Of a stretch of DNA of 64,000 nt, positions 32,801-45,550 are shown in pieces. Each line of letters starts with the position of its first letter. Position 1 is the stretch's first letter. This DNA is from Amoebophrya sp. A120. Taxonomy: Eukaryota > Protista > Dinoflagellata. Under the pieces are notes generated by a model, which had not been told where the DNA came from, made no database searches, and saw nothing but the letters and a program-made list of their open reading frames with translations. The position numbers and the translations under genes were made by a program. The stretch spans positions 10,611,890 through 10,675,889 of the forward strand of contig CAJINV010000003.1 in the NCBI GenBank assembly GCA_905178155.1, written 5' to 3'.

Positions 32801-35800
32801 GTCAGGTCATGGAGATGCAGCACAAGATTTCCGAACTTGAAAGCTACGTGGAGGAGTCGAGCGCTAGTCTAGAGGAGATGCGACAAAAAAGCCTTCGCAT
32901 GGGAAGCTCTGCCGACGACGTATATATTCAGATGAGATTTTTGATGAAAACTACTGAAACTCCTTTGTTACCGATAGATGCCTAGTCGATTGACGTTCGT
33001 TATTGTACTAAAGTTTTGCCTTTTTCCCGCAATGGTACCCACAAAAATACTTGTACTTCATTTTCCATCACTTCTGCACCAGGCTTCTTTGCGACAGCAG
33101 CTGTCCGCAGAAGTGGAAGCTGAGATGCGGGTGTGCATCGCAAATGTGTCGGGGTCTAGATGGATGCGGCTGGTCATGTGAACAAGTTGTTTTGGACACA
33201 AAAGAATATGCGATGCATGAACCGCAAAAACTGTGTACTCTTTGCTAGGCCAAGGATGGGCCTCGTCCTCTAATGCGGAAATCATGGCGTCGAGTTTGAG
33301 AGGGTCGCGCAAGATCTGTGAAGATAGTTCTGTGTGTATTCCGGACACTGCGCCAGCCGGTCGTCCGCGAGATGCATTTGCATAACAAATCTCGCACTCT
33401 TCCGGACGCAGACATGTTTTGCAGTTGATGGCGGGGCAAGATCAGCAATCTCGAGGACGAGCTCGCCAGGGCACGCGAGGAAGCGCGGCTGGAAAAGCTA
33501 CGAGCGGATGACTTGCAGAGCAAGCTGGACAGCGTGCAAGGAATAACCCCCGAGATGCTGGCACGGCTGCAAGAGCTCGAGAAGGCGGAGCAGATGCTGG
33601 CAAAAACGCGGGCGGAGCTTGCATCCGAAGCGGAGAAGCGAAACGCCGAACGGGCAGCCGCCCAGCAGCGCGAATTGGAAATGAAACGGCGCGCGACCGA
33701 ACAGAAAGTGCAGCATGCTGCTGCCATGATGAAAAAGAGCGCTATGAAAGCCGCCGCTGTCGAAAAGGCCAAACAGGAAAAGGCCGAGAAAGCTGCGGCC
33801 GGCCAGGCCGCAAGCGGGGACTCGTCAGGTGAGCAAGCGCCGAAAGATGACAAATTCTGGTCTCAAGTTCAATAATAAAAGATCGCACATTTTTTTCATT
33901 TTGATTCAATGCGGCGTAACGGCTAGAAATTTCAATGTCAACAATGTGATGCAGCAGGGTCTGCTGAAGGCGGTCATTTATTTGTAGATCTTAGATAGTC
34001 ATTGACTCAACATGTATCTCGGTGCCCCCTTTGTCGGAAGTTGATAAAAGATAAACGGCATCTACGTACGCCGATTCATTTCAAGATTGCTTCAAATGAA
34101 ATGGTTGCACAGGTACAGAGGAAAGCACGACTCGCGAGGCGCCGCTCGACGTCAGCGTTTTGGTCAAGCCTTCGCAAAAGATGTGAGAGTGGACAATCTC
34201 CCCTTCCTTTGAAAGGCATCTTTGCATGATCTTCAGCAACGCAAGCAATTCCGCTCATGATCGGCGCATCCACATGACAAGTCAGCACTCTAATTATAGT
34301 AGTACTTTTTGCTAGATCCCGAAAGTTATCTTCGCGCACCGAGCGGGAGTTCCCTGAGGCACACACGAAGTCCAAGGTAGTCGATTTACCTTTATTTTGC
34401 ATGTAGTTGGTTAAAAACTTTTCAGGGAGAGGGGAATTGCATTGCGCACTCTTATAAAAAATCGTTTTCAAGGACACGGACACGAATGAAGAGTTTACGT
34501 TGCACAGCATATCACAGGCAAAAAGAAAAATGTTAATTCGAAAGGAAATCCTCGCGTTGCAAAAATACATGATCATAGCATGAATGATAGGCAAAATATA
34601 TCATGCGTGCCCCCGCCCGGCTGCGGTTTATCTTTACGATACACGTTACCTTAGAGTTAGCATTTTTCCTTTTCTGGGTGATAGAGCAACGAATGGTACC
34701 ACGAAGGCAAGAAATTTGGCACCCTAAAAGCTATGAAAATGAAAAATCCACCCCTTTGCGCACATCCAAAGCAAAGTCTCTGATCCTGGATGTGCGTATA
34801 CAAATCAGGTCTGTCTTCCTGTAACGAACTACAGCCAGACTCTCAGCCTTTTCAGGAGCGTAAGGGTCTAGTGGTTTGGCATTGGAAGAAACGCCCGCCC
34901 TGTAGGGCCAACAGCACGACAAAGCGCGCCCATAATGCGGCGCACACCTCGGCGCTAACCTTCTTACAAGACAGAGCGGATCTGCAGCCACGAATCTGCG
35001 CCACAGATTTTTCTTTTGGGTATGGAAAGGGGGGATTTTTCCTCACAATCAGAGCCGACGGCCGATCGGTGACCATGGAGTTCGAGCCCAAGAAGTTGCC
35101 GTCCACCTTGAACTATCCTGGGCAAAAAAAGTATTGTGCTGGCACTTTCTTCTGGTAGTAGGTGCATAATTCCAACTGGTGCGTGACAGATCCCTTTGCT
35201 CAGGTATATGTAAAGCCGCACTGAAGTACTAAAGCTGCTTAAGCTTATATTTATTAGTATTTTAAACAAACACACACCATAAGTATTTGGATCGCAATCT
35301 TCTATGTACTGCAAATAGAAAGGAAACTCTAGTGCTGCGATACTTGTTTTGCAATGCATAGCAAATCGGGCCTGTTCCGCGAGCCCACGTCCGCCAACCT
35401 AGATATTCAGTCTCAGGACATCATTCTACCAGGCAACACGCGATTGAAGAAGATATCCATCACATGTAAGAAGTTCTGCTGCTTTTCTGCACCCACCTAA
35501 AGTAGATTGATAAATTTATTAGCTTGGAGGTCCTTGTACTTACCAGGATCCTCATACTCTTGCCCTTCTCCAGAACAGCAACACTTTGCCTCGAAGACTT
35601 TGACTTCAGCGTCACTACCGCTACCAGTATCACAAAAACTACGACAGCGACGGCGGACGAGGAGCTCGAAGCCGCAAGGAAGGAATTGGAGCGCATCAAC
35701 CGGGAACTGGAGGAAGCGAAAAAGGCCCCGCCGCCCGCGGCGCCAACCCCGGAGAAGAAGAAGGAGGAAGTCAAACCTATGTCAGCAGTGGAGGGGGTCA

Positions 35801-38800
35801 CCGTGGTGAAGTCGGCATTTAAGCTTTTGCTCGACGGGGAGCGGCGGAAAGTGAAGCGCCTGACAAACGAAAACTTGGAGAAGTCGGAGGTGGAGATCAA
35901 GCTTCGCGGAGAACTCGCCGCCGCCCTCGAAGAGTTGGAAGAGCTGCAGGACAGGCTCAAAGGCGGCGGAAAAAAGAAGAAGGTACTACCCTAAAACAGA
36001 TGCTTTTGAATCTAATTCTGGTCGTCTCCGCTGAGAAACAGTTGTCACTCGCTCGCCTGAAGAAGCGACCAGCACACAAATAATTTTTACATGTACATGT
36101 TGCCATGGTAATAGAAGCGAAAAGCAAGAACAACAAAAAGTAGAGAGTTGCATCTCTGATGACCACTCGCGGATGGAAATAAGCAGTAAAAAAAACCTTC
36201 CTCGCAGAAGTAAGTACGGCGACACGCTCGTCCTTTTCTTGATAATGCTACCTAGTAGTACAACTATAACTCCTTACGTGTACGCTCTGCTGGCGTGGTC
36301 GCAAAAGTGAACTCTTTATGCGGCTATCCTACCAAGTAGGGCCCTGAACGCGTCTGTGAAGACAGGCAGAGTACGCCTCTTTTCAGCGGCCTCAGGAATC
36401 AAATATACAGGGCCAAGGGGGCACCACGCTAGCGACGCAGACGACGATCACGGGCACTGGACACCAAAAGGGCTCGTCTTTCTACTTGCTCGAGTATCCC
36501 GCGCTCATGACGGAGTTGGCCATGGAACAAGAGTTCGAGGACCTAAACGGATGCGCGCTGGCGAGCTGGGAGGGAATTCTGGAAAAGCTGAAGCAGTCGC
36601 GACGGCCGCCGTCGGGTGTGGGCAGCGGCTTTGTGAGCACGCGGCTTTTCCGCCGGCTTTTCCTCGGATGCCTGCACCGCATCCGGAGGCAGGACGACCT
36701 GCGGAAGATGGCCGAGGCATTGATGCTAGCGGAGCTGGAGAAGGCGTGCGAGGCCGTGCATCTGCTGCAGGAGTCCACATTCCCGGAACAGTGCGCGCCC
36801 ATCCGCGAACACATCTTCGGGCGCGGCATGAACAAGCCAAACCTGTTCGAGCACTTCTCCGCGAGTCTCACCGCCGAATGGCTGGCGAAGCTGCAGCGGT
36901 GCGAGGAAGTCATCGCGGCCTATGGGTCGGACCAGCAGATCGAACTGGGCGTGTACGAGCCGAGCCGACGCTGCTACGTGTCGAATGGCAAGAATGTGAT
37001 GCAGCGCACCGTCTTGTCCATGCACGTAACGCGCATATGCATCTTCGCAAATATGTCAGGGTCTGGAGAAGTGCTAATGTACAATTTTAAAAATATGTCA
37101 GGATCTGGAGAAATGCTCCACCAGAAGGTCTAGAATATAGCGGGGCCTAGCAACATTACAAGTTTTGCGAGAGCGAGAACTTTCTTCAAGAAAGTTCTCG
37201 CTCTCGCAAAACTCGTACGATGCAATGCCTATTTTGAACAAGAACGACGAGAAAGCCTGCCTCAAAGTAGTTGAAACTTGACAGGCTTTGCCTCTCAGTC
37301 TCACGCATGACCGATTTATTTCGTATGACCGACTACAGAGAGCATCACAATTCGGCACCTCTCCAGACATATTTGCACCTCATAGCGCATGGACGGCGAC
37401 AACGTCCAGGAGATCGTCGACATGGATGCCTCTATGCATTGCAAAAGTATAATCGTGCTAGTTCCAGTAGAGCACTACAAGCAGGGCAGCACATGCTGTA
37501 CACCTGTACCCCCGTCCTTCGACGGGCTTCCGACCGTGCTACGATTCACCACGAGCAGGCCAGCACATGCTGGACACCTGCACACACTGCCCCAACGGGC
37601 TTCCAACAGTGCTACAACGCACTTAAAGCAGACCAGCACATGCTGGACACCTGCTCACACTGTCCCAATGGGCTTCCAACGGTGCTACAACGCACTACAA
37701 GCAGGCCGGGGAACGCCGGACACCTGCTGCTCCACATACCGCAGTTTCTGGAGCTATCAACAACTACCAAACACGATGGACACACATAGAAACTGCGGAG
37801 CCTGCATAGGGGGAGGACGGCTAAGCCCTACCAGGAGAAAAACGGACAACGACGTCAGTTGTCGCCGTAAATCTCCCTGCTGCCCTGATTCCAGATGACA
37901 TGTGCCGCTGCACTTGCAGCTAGCAACCGAAATCTTCAAACTGCCCAGCAGGGGCGGAGTACAACAAGAACAAACACAGCCAGCCAACCGGCTGGCACCT
38001 GTGCACGCGGTGGCCCTGTGGGCCTATCTCCACGCCGGCCCGAGGAATAAAACTGCGATCTCGTCCCTCGCCTGCGTGCGAAATTTTCAAGTTTAAATTT
38101 TAAATTTAGTTTCCAATTTTATTTTTATTTTAATAGTAGCAGGAATGCAGTTACACGCGCGAGGAGGTGCACAAACCCTTCAAAAAAAAAAAAGATGAGA
38201 AGCCTCGAAATTTCAAAACTTCAAAATTTAACTTTTATTGGCACGCCAAATCCGCGAAGTTTTAAAATTTTATTTTTATGGAGACTAAAAGCAAAGAACT
38301 GATGAAAGTGGAAGAAAGCTGCGAAAAGGAGAAGCAAAGTAAAAAGAATGGATATATAGGAATGAAGGGGAACAAGAACAAAAACGGGGATTGATGTAGA
38401 AGCAGGATAGTACTTTGAAATTTCAAATTTTTATTTTTATCACGTCAGGAGGAACATGAAGGGACAGAGCGTGGACAACAGGCGGGGAGGGGAAGAGATG
38501 AGCACGAGCATCCCGATTGCGAACTTACAGGCGGAGTGCGAGGAGATGTTCAATGAGAGGACCAAACGGTCCTCATAAGCTTTTTCCACGAATGAAAACG
38601 GGGCTTGTGCTGAAAAAGGTGAATAAAGGGTATCATGCAAGTTTGCACTTCAGTTTCAGTACGAGCACGAGTGCGATACTTTTGCATGGGATAGCCTCGC
38701 CGTTCTTGCAACTGGCACGAAGTGGCGGGCGTGGTGCGTCGTCGCGTCCTCCCTCTCGGATATGGGATTTTTCAACGTTACAGTGTCAACTGTATACCTG

Positions 38801-41800
38801 ATTTGTCATTGCAAAACCAATTAGCATCAACATCCACTCCGCGTGACAAGAAGTTTTTGAAGGGCTAAACAGCATGGAATTCTGCGCCGCATTTAATGCT
38901 AGAGATGCAGGCTCCCCCCTTTCACTTTTGCTATTCGTGCGTCACAAATTCAAACTATGGCCGAGATTGTAACGCTTGCCAATCCCATACCGGAGTCCGG
39001 AGAAGTACGCGGCGCTGCTCACACCCACGCCCGGCGGCGGTGCGGCCCGCAGCATGCACCACCGCGGCGCGCCGCTTGGAAGCGGTAGTCGGAACCCTAG
39101 TCCCGTTTTGGAAATGGGACCCCTGGACGAGTTCCAAAAAGCACAGGGGATGGGGTTCGGCGTGCGTTCGATGCCCATGTCTCCGAGGTTGCACCAAACG
39201 CCCTCGCCTCGCAGCCGCGACAAGTGGCTGAACTTGCCGGAGCACAACGGAGACGTGCATGGCAGACGGGTAATTGAGGACGACATGCGTCCCGATGAGC
39301 CGAAGATTCCGGCGAAGCGCTTGAACCTGAGGCATTTTGAGTTTCCATCGGGTCCGGCGGAAGACGCGCGCGCCTTTCAGAACGCCCGCGCGCAGCAGCA
39401 CCAGCAGCAAATGGGAGCGGCCCGCGCGGGCGCAGCCGTAGCGGGAAATGGCATTCGGGGCGCGAGCAACAACTTTCTGCATGCGCTATCTGTGCAGCAG
39501 CAGAACCAGCAGCAGCTTTCCGGTGGAGTGCGCGGAAACGCCATGAGCATGCCGGCGGCTCACGCAGGGGCCGGCGGCCAGCTGCATCGTGGCGTCGGTG
39601 GCGGGAGCAGTCTAATGAGCTTGCATGCGGAGCAGGGGAGCGTGTTTGATGACCCGAATTTGCTCTCGGTGACGAGTCTTACGAGTCTGAGGCACGGTGG
39701 CGACCAACAAGCGTGTTCTACTTCGCGACCGCCCACGCGGAGCCAAATGCGGTCGGCACCAAGCGGAAGTCTATACGACCTCGGAGGAAGCTCGAATCTG
39801 CACCCTCGCGCAGCGGCTCACGAATTTCTGCAGACTGCAACCAGAAACATGGAGCCTGACGAGGCTTCTCAGCAGACCCGATCGCAGCCCGGCGTGCACG
39901 TCGGACTCCGCATCACCAGCGCCATCCCAATGGCAGACCAGCACACGCAGCAGCTTCAGTATCGTCCGGGCACATCTCCGGCGAAGGGCGCGTCGCCCAG
40001 CACCTCGGCCGCGGGGATCGAAGCGCTCCCACGAGGCGGACCGCACGCGTCGCCGCAGCAGCACCACCATCAGCAGTCCGGTTCTTTCTGCGTGGGTGGA
40101 AGCAGGCCGGGCACGACTACCACGGCAGTGTCTTCGGGCGCAGCGCCGGAAGGCAGTTCCTCCGCGTCGACGAGCGGCCCACCCGCCGGACGTGGGCGGC
40201 CGCAGCTCAACATTGTCGTCCCGCCACCCAGCATGGGCAAGGTTGCTTACACGGTGGTGGATCATTTTCCGAAATCGCCGACGTCGATGCCTGCACACGG
40301 GCACAGCATGGACGATACCATGCACAATGGGCTGGTGGGTTCAAGCCAGGTTGGTCACCTCTACGCCGCGGCGCCGCTTTCGCCCGTCCACGGGCACCGT
40401 GTGGTGACGCAGCACACCGCGTCCCCGAAAGGAAGCCCCGGCCACTCCCCCGCCCACAGTGCGCGCGCGCAGCACGAGAAGAGGGAGGAAGACCAAGTGC
40501 ACCTGAAATACGCGGGAATGCTGGGCGACGACGCGGCCTCTGTGGCGGCACACAAGCCGGATGGTACCCAGAACGCAACGAAGCACCAGCTAAAGCAGCC
40601 GGCCATGAAAACTGGCGGCGCGAGCACGGTGCGAGCGCGTAGCTCCAGCGCCAGTCACTCGCCCGAGAAAGCCGCGCGGGGTGGTGCAGGTGGAGCTGCA
40701 GCGGATTTTGATGATCTTCGCATTCAAGGCGAAAGGAAAGAGAGAAATCGTCCCCGTGGGCTCGAGATACGTGCGAAGTCCGGCCAAGAGAAGCCACAGA
40801 TGAACCTCTTTTACCCCGAAAATGCCAATGCGCCACTTGATCATCCGCAACAACGCGCGGCTGCATCGTTCTCGTCCACTGCAGCTGCCGGTGCCGGGTA
40901 CAGCCGAAACATGAGCAGAGCCCTATTCTGAGGAAAAATCTTTTCTTTCCCTTCAATATCATACTCAAAAGGCAGTTTGTGGTGCGCGAAGATTTGTGTC
41001 CACAGGCCAATCCTAGCACACAGGCAAAGAGGCACACGCGCGGCATATTCCCATGGAGGCGACTTGTCAGCACGATTTTCTGCGCAATTTTTGTTGATTC
41101 CTGTCGTGCTGAGCAACCAACGCTTTCGCGTGCCCAACTGTACTGGAGCTGTTTTTGTTTCTTGATGCCGCCTAACTGCGATGATGTACACAAATTCAGC
41201 AAGGCTAATCGCCTTTTGAACATGGGGGGGGGAAGATTTGTTTTCATTCTGACACTCCACTGCGGCGCCCGTAAGTGCCGTGGAAGTGCGGTTGCCACCA
41301 TTAAGCAGTATTCCTGCGGAGGGCAGCATGATGAACATGCTGAAACCGGAATCCTCTATAGAGGTGTTACACCAAGGGGACCCGCTATCTACCGGAGCAG
41401 ATTCTTCGGAAGCAGCGGCCGGTGGGGCTGCTGCGATGGCGGATGAACCATTTCTGGCTCACGCGCATGCGCAGAGTCGACAAAGGGAACAACAGCAGCA
41501 GCTCGACGCCGCCGCGCAGCAATATCATGTGCAGCTGCAGCAGCAGCATCATTATCCGAGCGGGTCGCGCAGTACCTCCAAATCCTACTCCCAGCAGCAA
41601 ATCTCCGTTTCTGCAGGTGGTGCGGCCCTACCGCCGCGTGGACGATCGAGGCAGCAGCAAGCCCCTGCGGGATCCTCGTCCTCTTCGTCGCAACCAGGAG
41701 TAGGGGGTTCAGGAATTCGCGCGAACTTCAAAGACGGAGACGTCCTGGTTGATGCGGCCCTAGACTTGGCTCGCGGTCGGGGCGGGCAGCGCGGGGGAGC

Positions 41801-42095
41801 AGGAGGGCCGCCACCGGGACCCCTGTTTGGTGTGAACTTTCAAGTCGAGCGCGCTCGACACATGATTGCGACGGACGAGGTGGCCCCACGACAAGTGCCC
41901 ACGCACCAGCTGCTGAACAAGCAGGCCAGCGGTCGGTCTGCCGGCGGACGCCGCGCCGCCGACAACCTGAACTACGGACGTAGGTTGCCGCCCGCACCAT
42001 TGGGGAAAATCGGATACGTCCGAACAGACGTGGCGGCCATATGGCCTCGACATCAAATGTTACCTGAACACCGGTTGCATGATCTCCTGGTTTAA
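29868..42095 (+). CDS. Very large multi-exon coiled-coil protein with a low-complexity C-terminal half (unknown function; could be more than one gene; 5' start unresolved)
   Basis: In-frame junctions traced: 30571-31046, 31268-31644, 32920-33082, ~33131-33434, 33829-34112, ~34182-34461, 35131-35573, 35983-36365, 37026-37385, ~38569-38974, ~40924-41259. Heptad-rich exons (LAELQRLLEEAQEALAAE, ELEAARKELERINRELEE). Some internal junctions are not resolved. Confidence 0.6.
30572..31045. mobile_element. TA-ended introner, TSD GACCG
   Basis: GACCG at 30567-30571 and 31046-31050; element begins and ends with TA; degenerate subterminal IRs (GTACCCAC/GTGGGTAC). GT-AG intron 30571-31046 in frame. Confidence 0.65.
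34182..34456. mobile_element. TIR introner with non-canonical boundaries
   Basis: Left TGTGAGAGTGGACAATCTCCCCTTCCTTTGAAA vs reverse complement of right end TATAAGAGTGCGCAATGCAATTCCCCTCTCCCTGAAA; flanks AAAGA/AAAAA. Removing 280 nt gives DVSVLVKPSQKIVFKDTDTNEEF. Confidence 0.7.
37027..37384. mobile_element. TA-ended foldback-like introner with central palindrome
   Basis: Subterminal IR GCAAATATGTC(...)TGGAGAAGTGC / GCACCTCTCCAGACATATTTGC; GT-AG intron 37026-37385 in frame; 42-bp-period duplication at 37049/37091. Confidence 0.6.
37161..37213. repeat. 53-bp near-perfect palindrome (26-bp arms, 1-nt spacer)
   Basis: AGTTTTGCGAGAGCGAGAACTTTCTT-C-AAGAAAGTTCTCGCTCTCGCAAAACT. Confidence 0.95.
37472..37728. 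repeat. Degenerate minisatellite, ~73-bp unit x ~3.5, probably intronic
   Basis: Units start at 37472, 37546, 37619 and 37692 (GCACTACAAGCAG..CAGCACATGCTGGACACCTG..GGGCTTCCAAC.GTGCTAC). The period is not a multiple of 3. Confidence 0.9.
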
Positions 42096-45000
42096 GTTCT
42101 TTTGTGATGATACCTGAAATAAAAGCGGAATAGCAAAAGTATACGCAGGGGGAGTCAAGGCTTCGTCCGCTTCTTGTATTTTTAGACCGCGCAGAGGCAG
42201 AGCCAGAAGCTCAATGGTATTGAGCGCGTCGCAGAACAAATTATCACGCGAGGGAAGTTGCAGCTTGAGCTTGACCAATCTTCACGCGTAAGGCGGCAGA
42301 CGTCCTGCGTGACAAATCAGCACGAAATCATGCAACCGTTCACCATGTAAGATTTGAGGACGGCATAGGTTACCGGTCTGAACGCCAATCCGAGTCCATC
42401 CAACCACGGGGGCGAAAACACCAACCAGAAGCCATCTGGGTCTCTACAACGGCCCCAAACGCGAGCAGGGATCATGCAAGACCCATCATCGATAACAAAA
42501 GAGAAATAGAATTTAGATCATATCAGTGTTCTCGCATGAAGAAAGATGACGGATGCCGCCGGGGCGAAGCATTTTTCTTTTTTCCTGCGCCGGCGCTGGT
42601 ACTCTTTGATGTTGGCCTTGAATAGTAGGGGAAGGCGGCAGACCTTCGGTCAGAGACAGAATGCTGGCCATCGATAAAGAGCTCGGACGCGATTCATTCG
42701 TGCTAGAAAAAAGAAACGCCCCCGACCGCGCCCCTCATCGTGTAATCATCTTCGTACCAAAATAGAGCCTTACTGGTACCACTAGGAAAAACGACGCAGG
42801 CGGGCCCGCAAGAACGGCGCCCTTTTGAGGCGCCTGTCGTCTTAGGTTCTACCGATTTGTATGTGCGCCCACAAAGCGGCGCCGTCGCGTACTTACAAGT
42901 GCGAGAGATGCAAAATAAAAGCAGCCAATGCGAATGGGGTGGGCGCCAGTTTTTGCCACGTTGGTTCGAATGCCGCATGTGTTGAGCCGGTGGACACATA
43001 AAGCATCTCGCCTTTATTTTGTTTTCAATATAAAAAAAAAATAAAACAAAATAAACTAAAGGAAGGCGCCCCAAAGGCTGAAAGCCAAGCAATCCGCGTG
43101 CTATGGGCCCGATTGTGAGCCTCCCAGAAGCCGGTCCTGATGGAGGTCCTGGCACGCCCATAGCATACACGAGAGATTTTTTTTTGGAGCCCAGAAAGTT
43201 GAAGCTCGCAACTGCTAGCCGCGATTCTCATCGGCAGCCTTAGGCGCGAGGGCATGGCAGGCATATGCATAACAACCGCGGCCGTTTCCTCGCTGAAACA
43301 AAAAAGACGCACTGACCTCATTATCTCCGTTTGGTTTGCGACTTCTGTAATATCCAGCTGGTTGCAAAACCAAGAAACACCATTCGAAGCGTACAAAAAA
43401 AAATTCTAGTACTTCCGCCATCAAAAACGTGCATGTGGAACACTGCATCATGCTAATTTTTCCGCTGGATGAGCAAGCTCGGGAATAATGCCCGGCGACG
43501 GCGACCAAAGCTTTCCGAACATCGGAGGCGTCGGGCTTGAGCCACTTGCTCGCCCGCACACACGTGGTTGATCATCGATAAAACGGCCACCTCATCACGC
43601 GAGCAGTCGGGTCTAACTGATACCTTGGAAAAAGCTGTTAATCTTGATACATGAATGTAAATCCAAGTCATGATGCGTGCCATGCCTGCGAACACACATT
43701 GTGAAACTTGGTACGGTCAACATGTCGACATCGGCGTAGGCTGTGGTCACCAAGTCGAAGATAAGCCAAAAAAAAATCACATTAAGCTGCAGGTGGCTAA
43801 GATGGGCACGATTGTACTAATACGCGCGGAGTGGTGCACCAGGAAATGCAAATCATTATCATTTATTTTACGAAATTAGAGTCCAGACGCACGTTTCAAT
43901 TTGTTTTTCGAGCTCGCAGGATGAAATGCGCCTGATGTAAGATTCGTTTGTACGTCGACTGCAACGGCTACGTAGTCTGCTTGAAGGCCGGAAATGCAGT
44001 AATGCTCTTCGATGTTGTCACCTATTTATGTGTGTCTTCGTGTACCTACGAAACAGCAGAATAAAAAACACTGAAGCTGCTGCATTCTTGCAACACTGTA
44101 TTTTATAAACAAACAAAAATGTTGAGAGTGGCTTCTCCTTCTTCAACAAAAGCTGCAACGAACACAGAAACAGAATAAACTTTGAAAACCAAAATAAATA
44201 TGAAATAATAGACTTGAAAGCATTTTCATCTTACTACGAAGAGAAGCTGCTTTGGTAATATCTTCACGACAAGTTGTTAGTCCGCGAGAGCTGTAGATTA
44301 GCGATGAGTACAAGCAAGCAATATCCTTGCAGCTACCAACATGTACTTTTTTTCGTTCCTTCCACCTATTTGTATGATTAGCAGAAAAAATATACTGATA
44401 TGTGTACAAAAACAAATCTGAATGAGATTGATTTATTGTAGAGCTCGAGTTACAAAGTTGATCTTGGTAGGTCTTGACGTGCGCCCGGCCTCCGTGAATG
44501 AATGTAATATATACAACTCGGCCCTGCTGATGCTGCACAGTGGGCGCCTTTCTCGTTGACGCAGGAATGGACGTCTCTTCTACCGGGTTTCAAGTTGCGA
44601 CTGCAGCAGGATCAAAGAGGTGCGTTACTTTGATCCTGGTTTTGTTGTTAGACACTATCCAAATCCGTGCTTGCTCTGATCATCGACAACGACAACGATA
44701 GGGAGATCAGGATCGTCGATTAACAAGGTCTACTATTTTGTGCTTAGGGCGGCAAGTCAAGCGTTTCCATTGTGGTGCAGGTACTGCTTCTTCGCTGGCT
44801 GTCTTCGTCCTGTCGACTAAGTCGGAATGCGAGTGAGGGACTGCTAAAAATGGGATTGCACCTGGGATCATTGAGACACGCCCGCAAAAATCTGGATACT
44901 TACTGATACATTACATCTGAATCTATCACGTACCAGTCCATACGTCAAGGCAAGTTGTTGGTGCTCCTATGGTGCCAGGGCGTGATCCCCGGCCGCGCCT

Positions 45001-45550
45001 GCCATTTTACTTTTTGCCTGATCTTGATTCAAGATCAAGCAGAGTTGTCGCAGAAAAATTTTCACGACATTTTTTCGGATCTTGTTCCTGCTCGGCTCAG
45101 CATATTATCCTTGTTGGTTCTATCGAATTCTGTTAAGTTTTTAAGAAGTTCGATGACGATGAAGATCATTTTTCTTCTTCATCAAGTTTATTCCTTTGGG
45201 GTGTGCCAGACGCAGCAAGAGTATGTAAGTGTGTGAAGTATGTTGAGTTTTTACGCAACATGGTTAGAGAAGCATATGATAGGTGGTTGCCCATGACCAT
45301 GTGCTGTAACAAGCACAAACAGAGAAGCATGTGCTTCATTTCTTGGTAGACGTCGTCGCGACGTGATGGTGCTTACAGATTCATGTGAGCTTTTTTAACA
45401 GAACTGGAACTTGCACAAGAACAATAACAAGAGTGAATGTCTGTGAATTCGCTCGGTAAGAATAAAAACGAACCAGCAGCAAGTAGTGCACGATCAAGAC
45501 TGCGATACCTGCCGGCACACCTAGTAAGGCTAGGGTGGGAGTGTTGATAA

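Noticed and set aside
43025-43695. Minus-strand fragments with a KPDASD motif, reminiscent of retroelement RNase H
   Set aside because: Only a 4-residue resemblance; no RT (YxDD) or integrase motifs, and the frames are fragmented.
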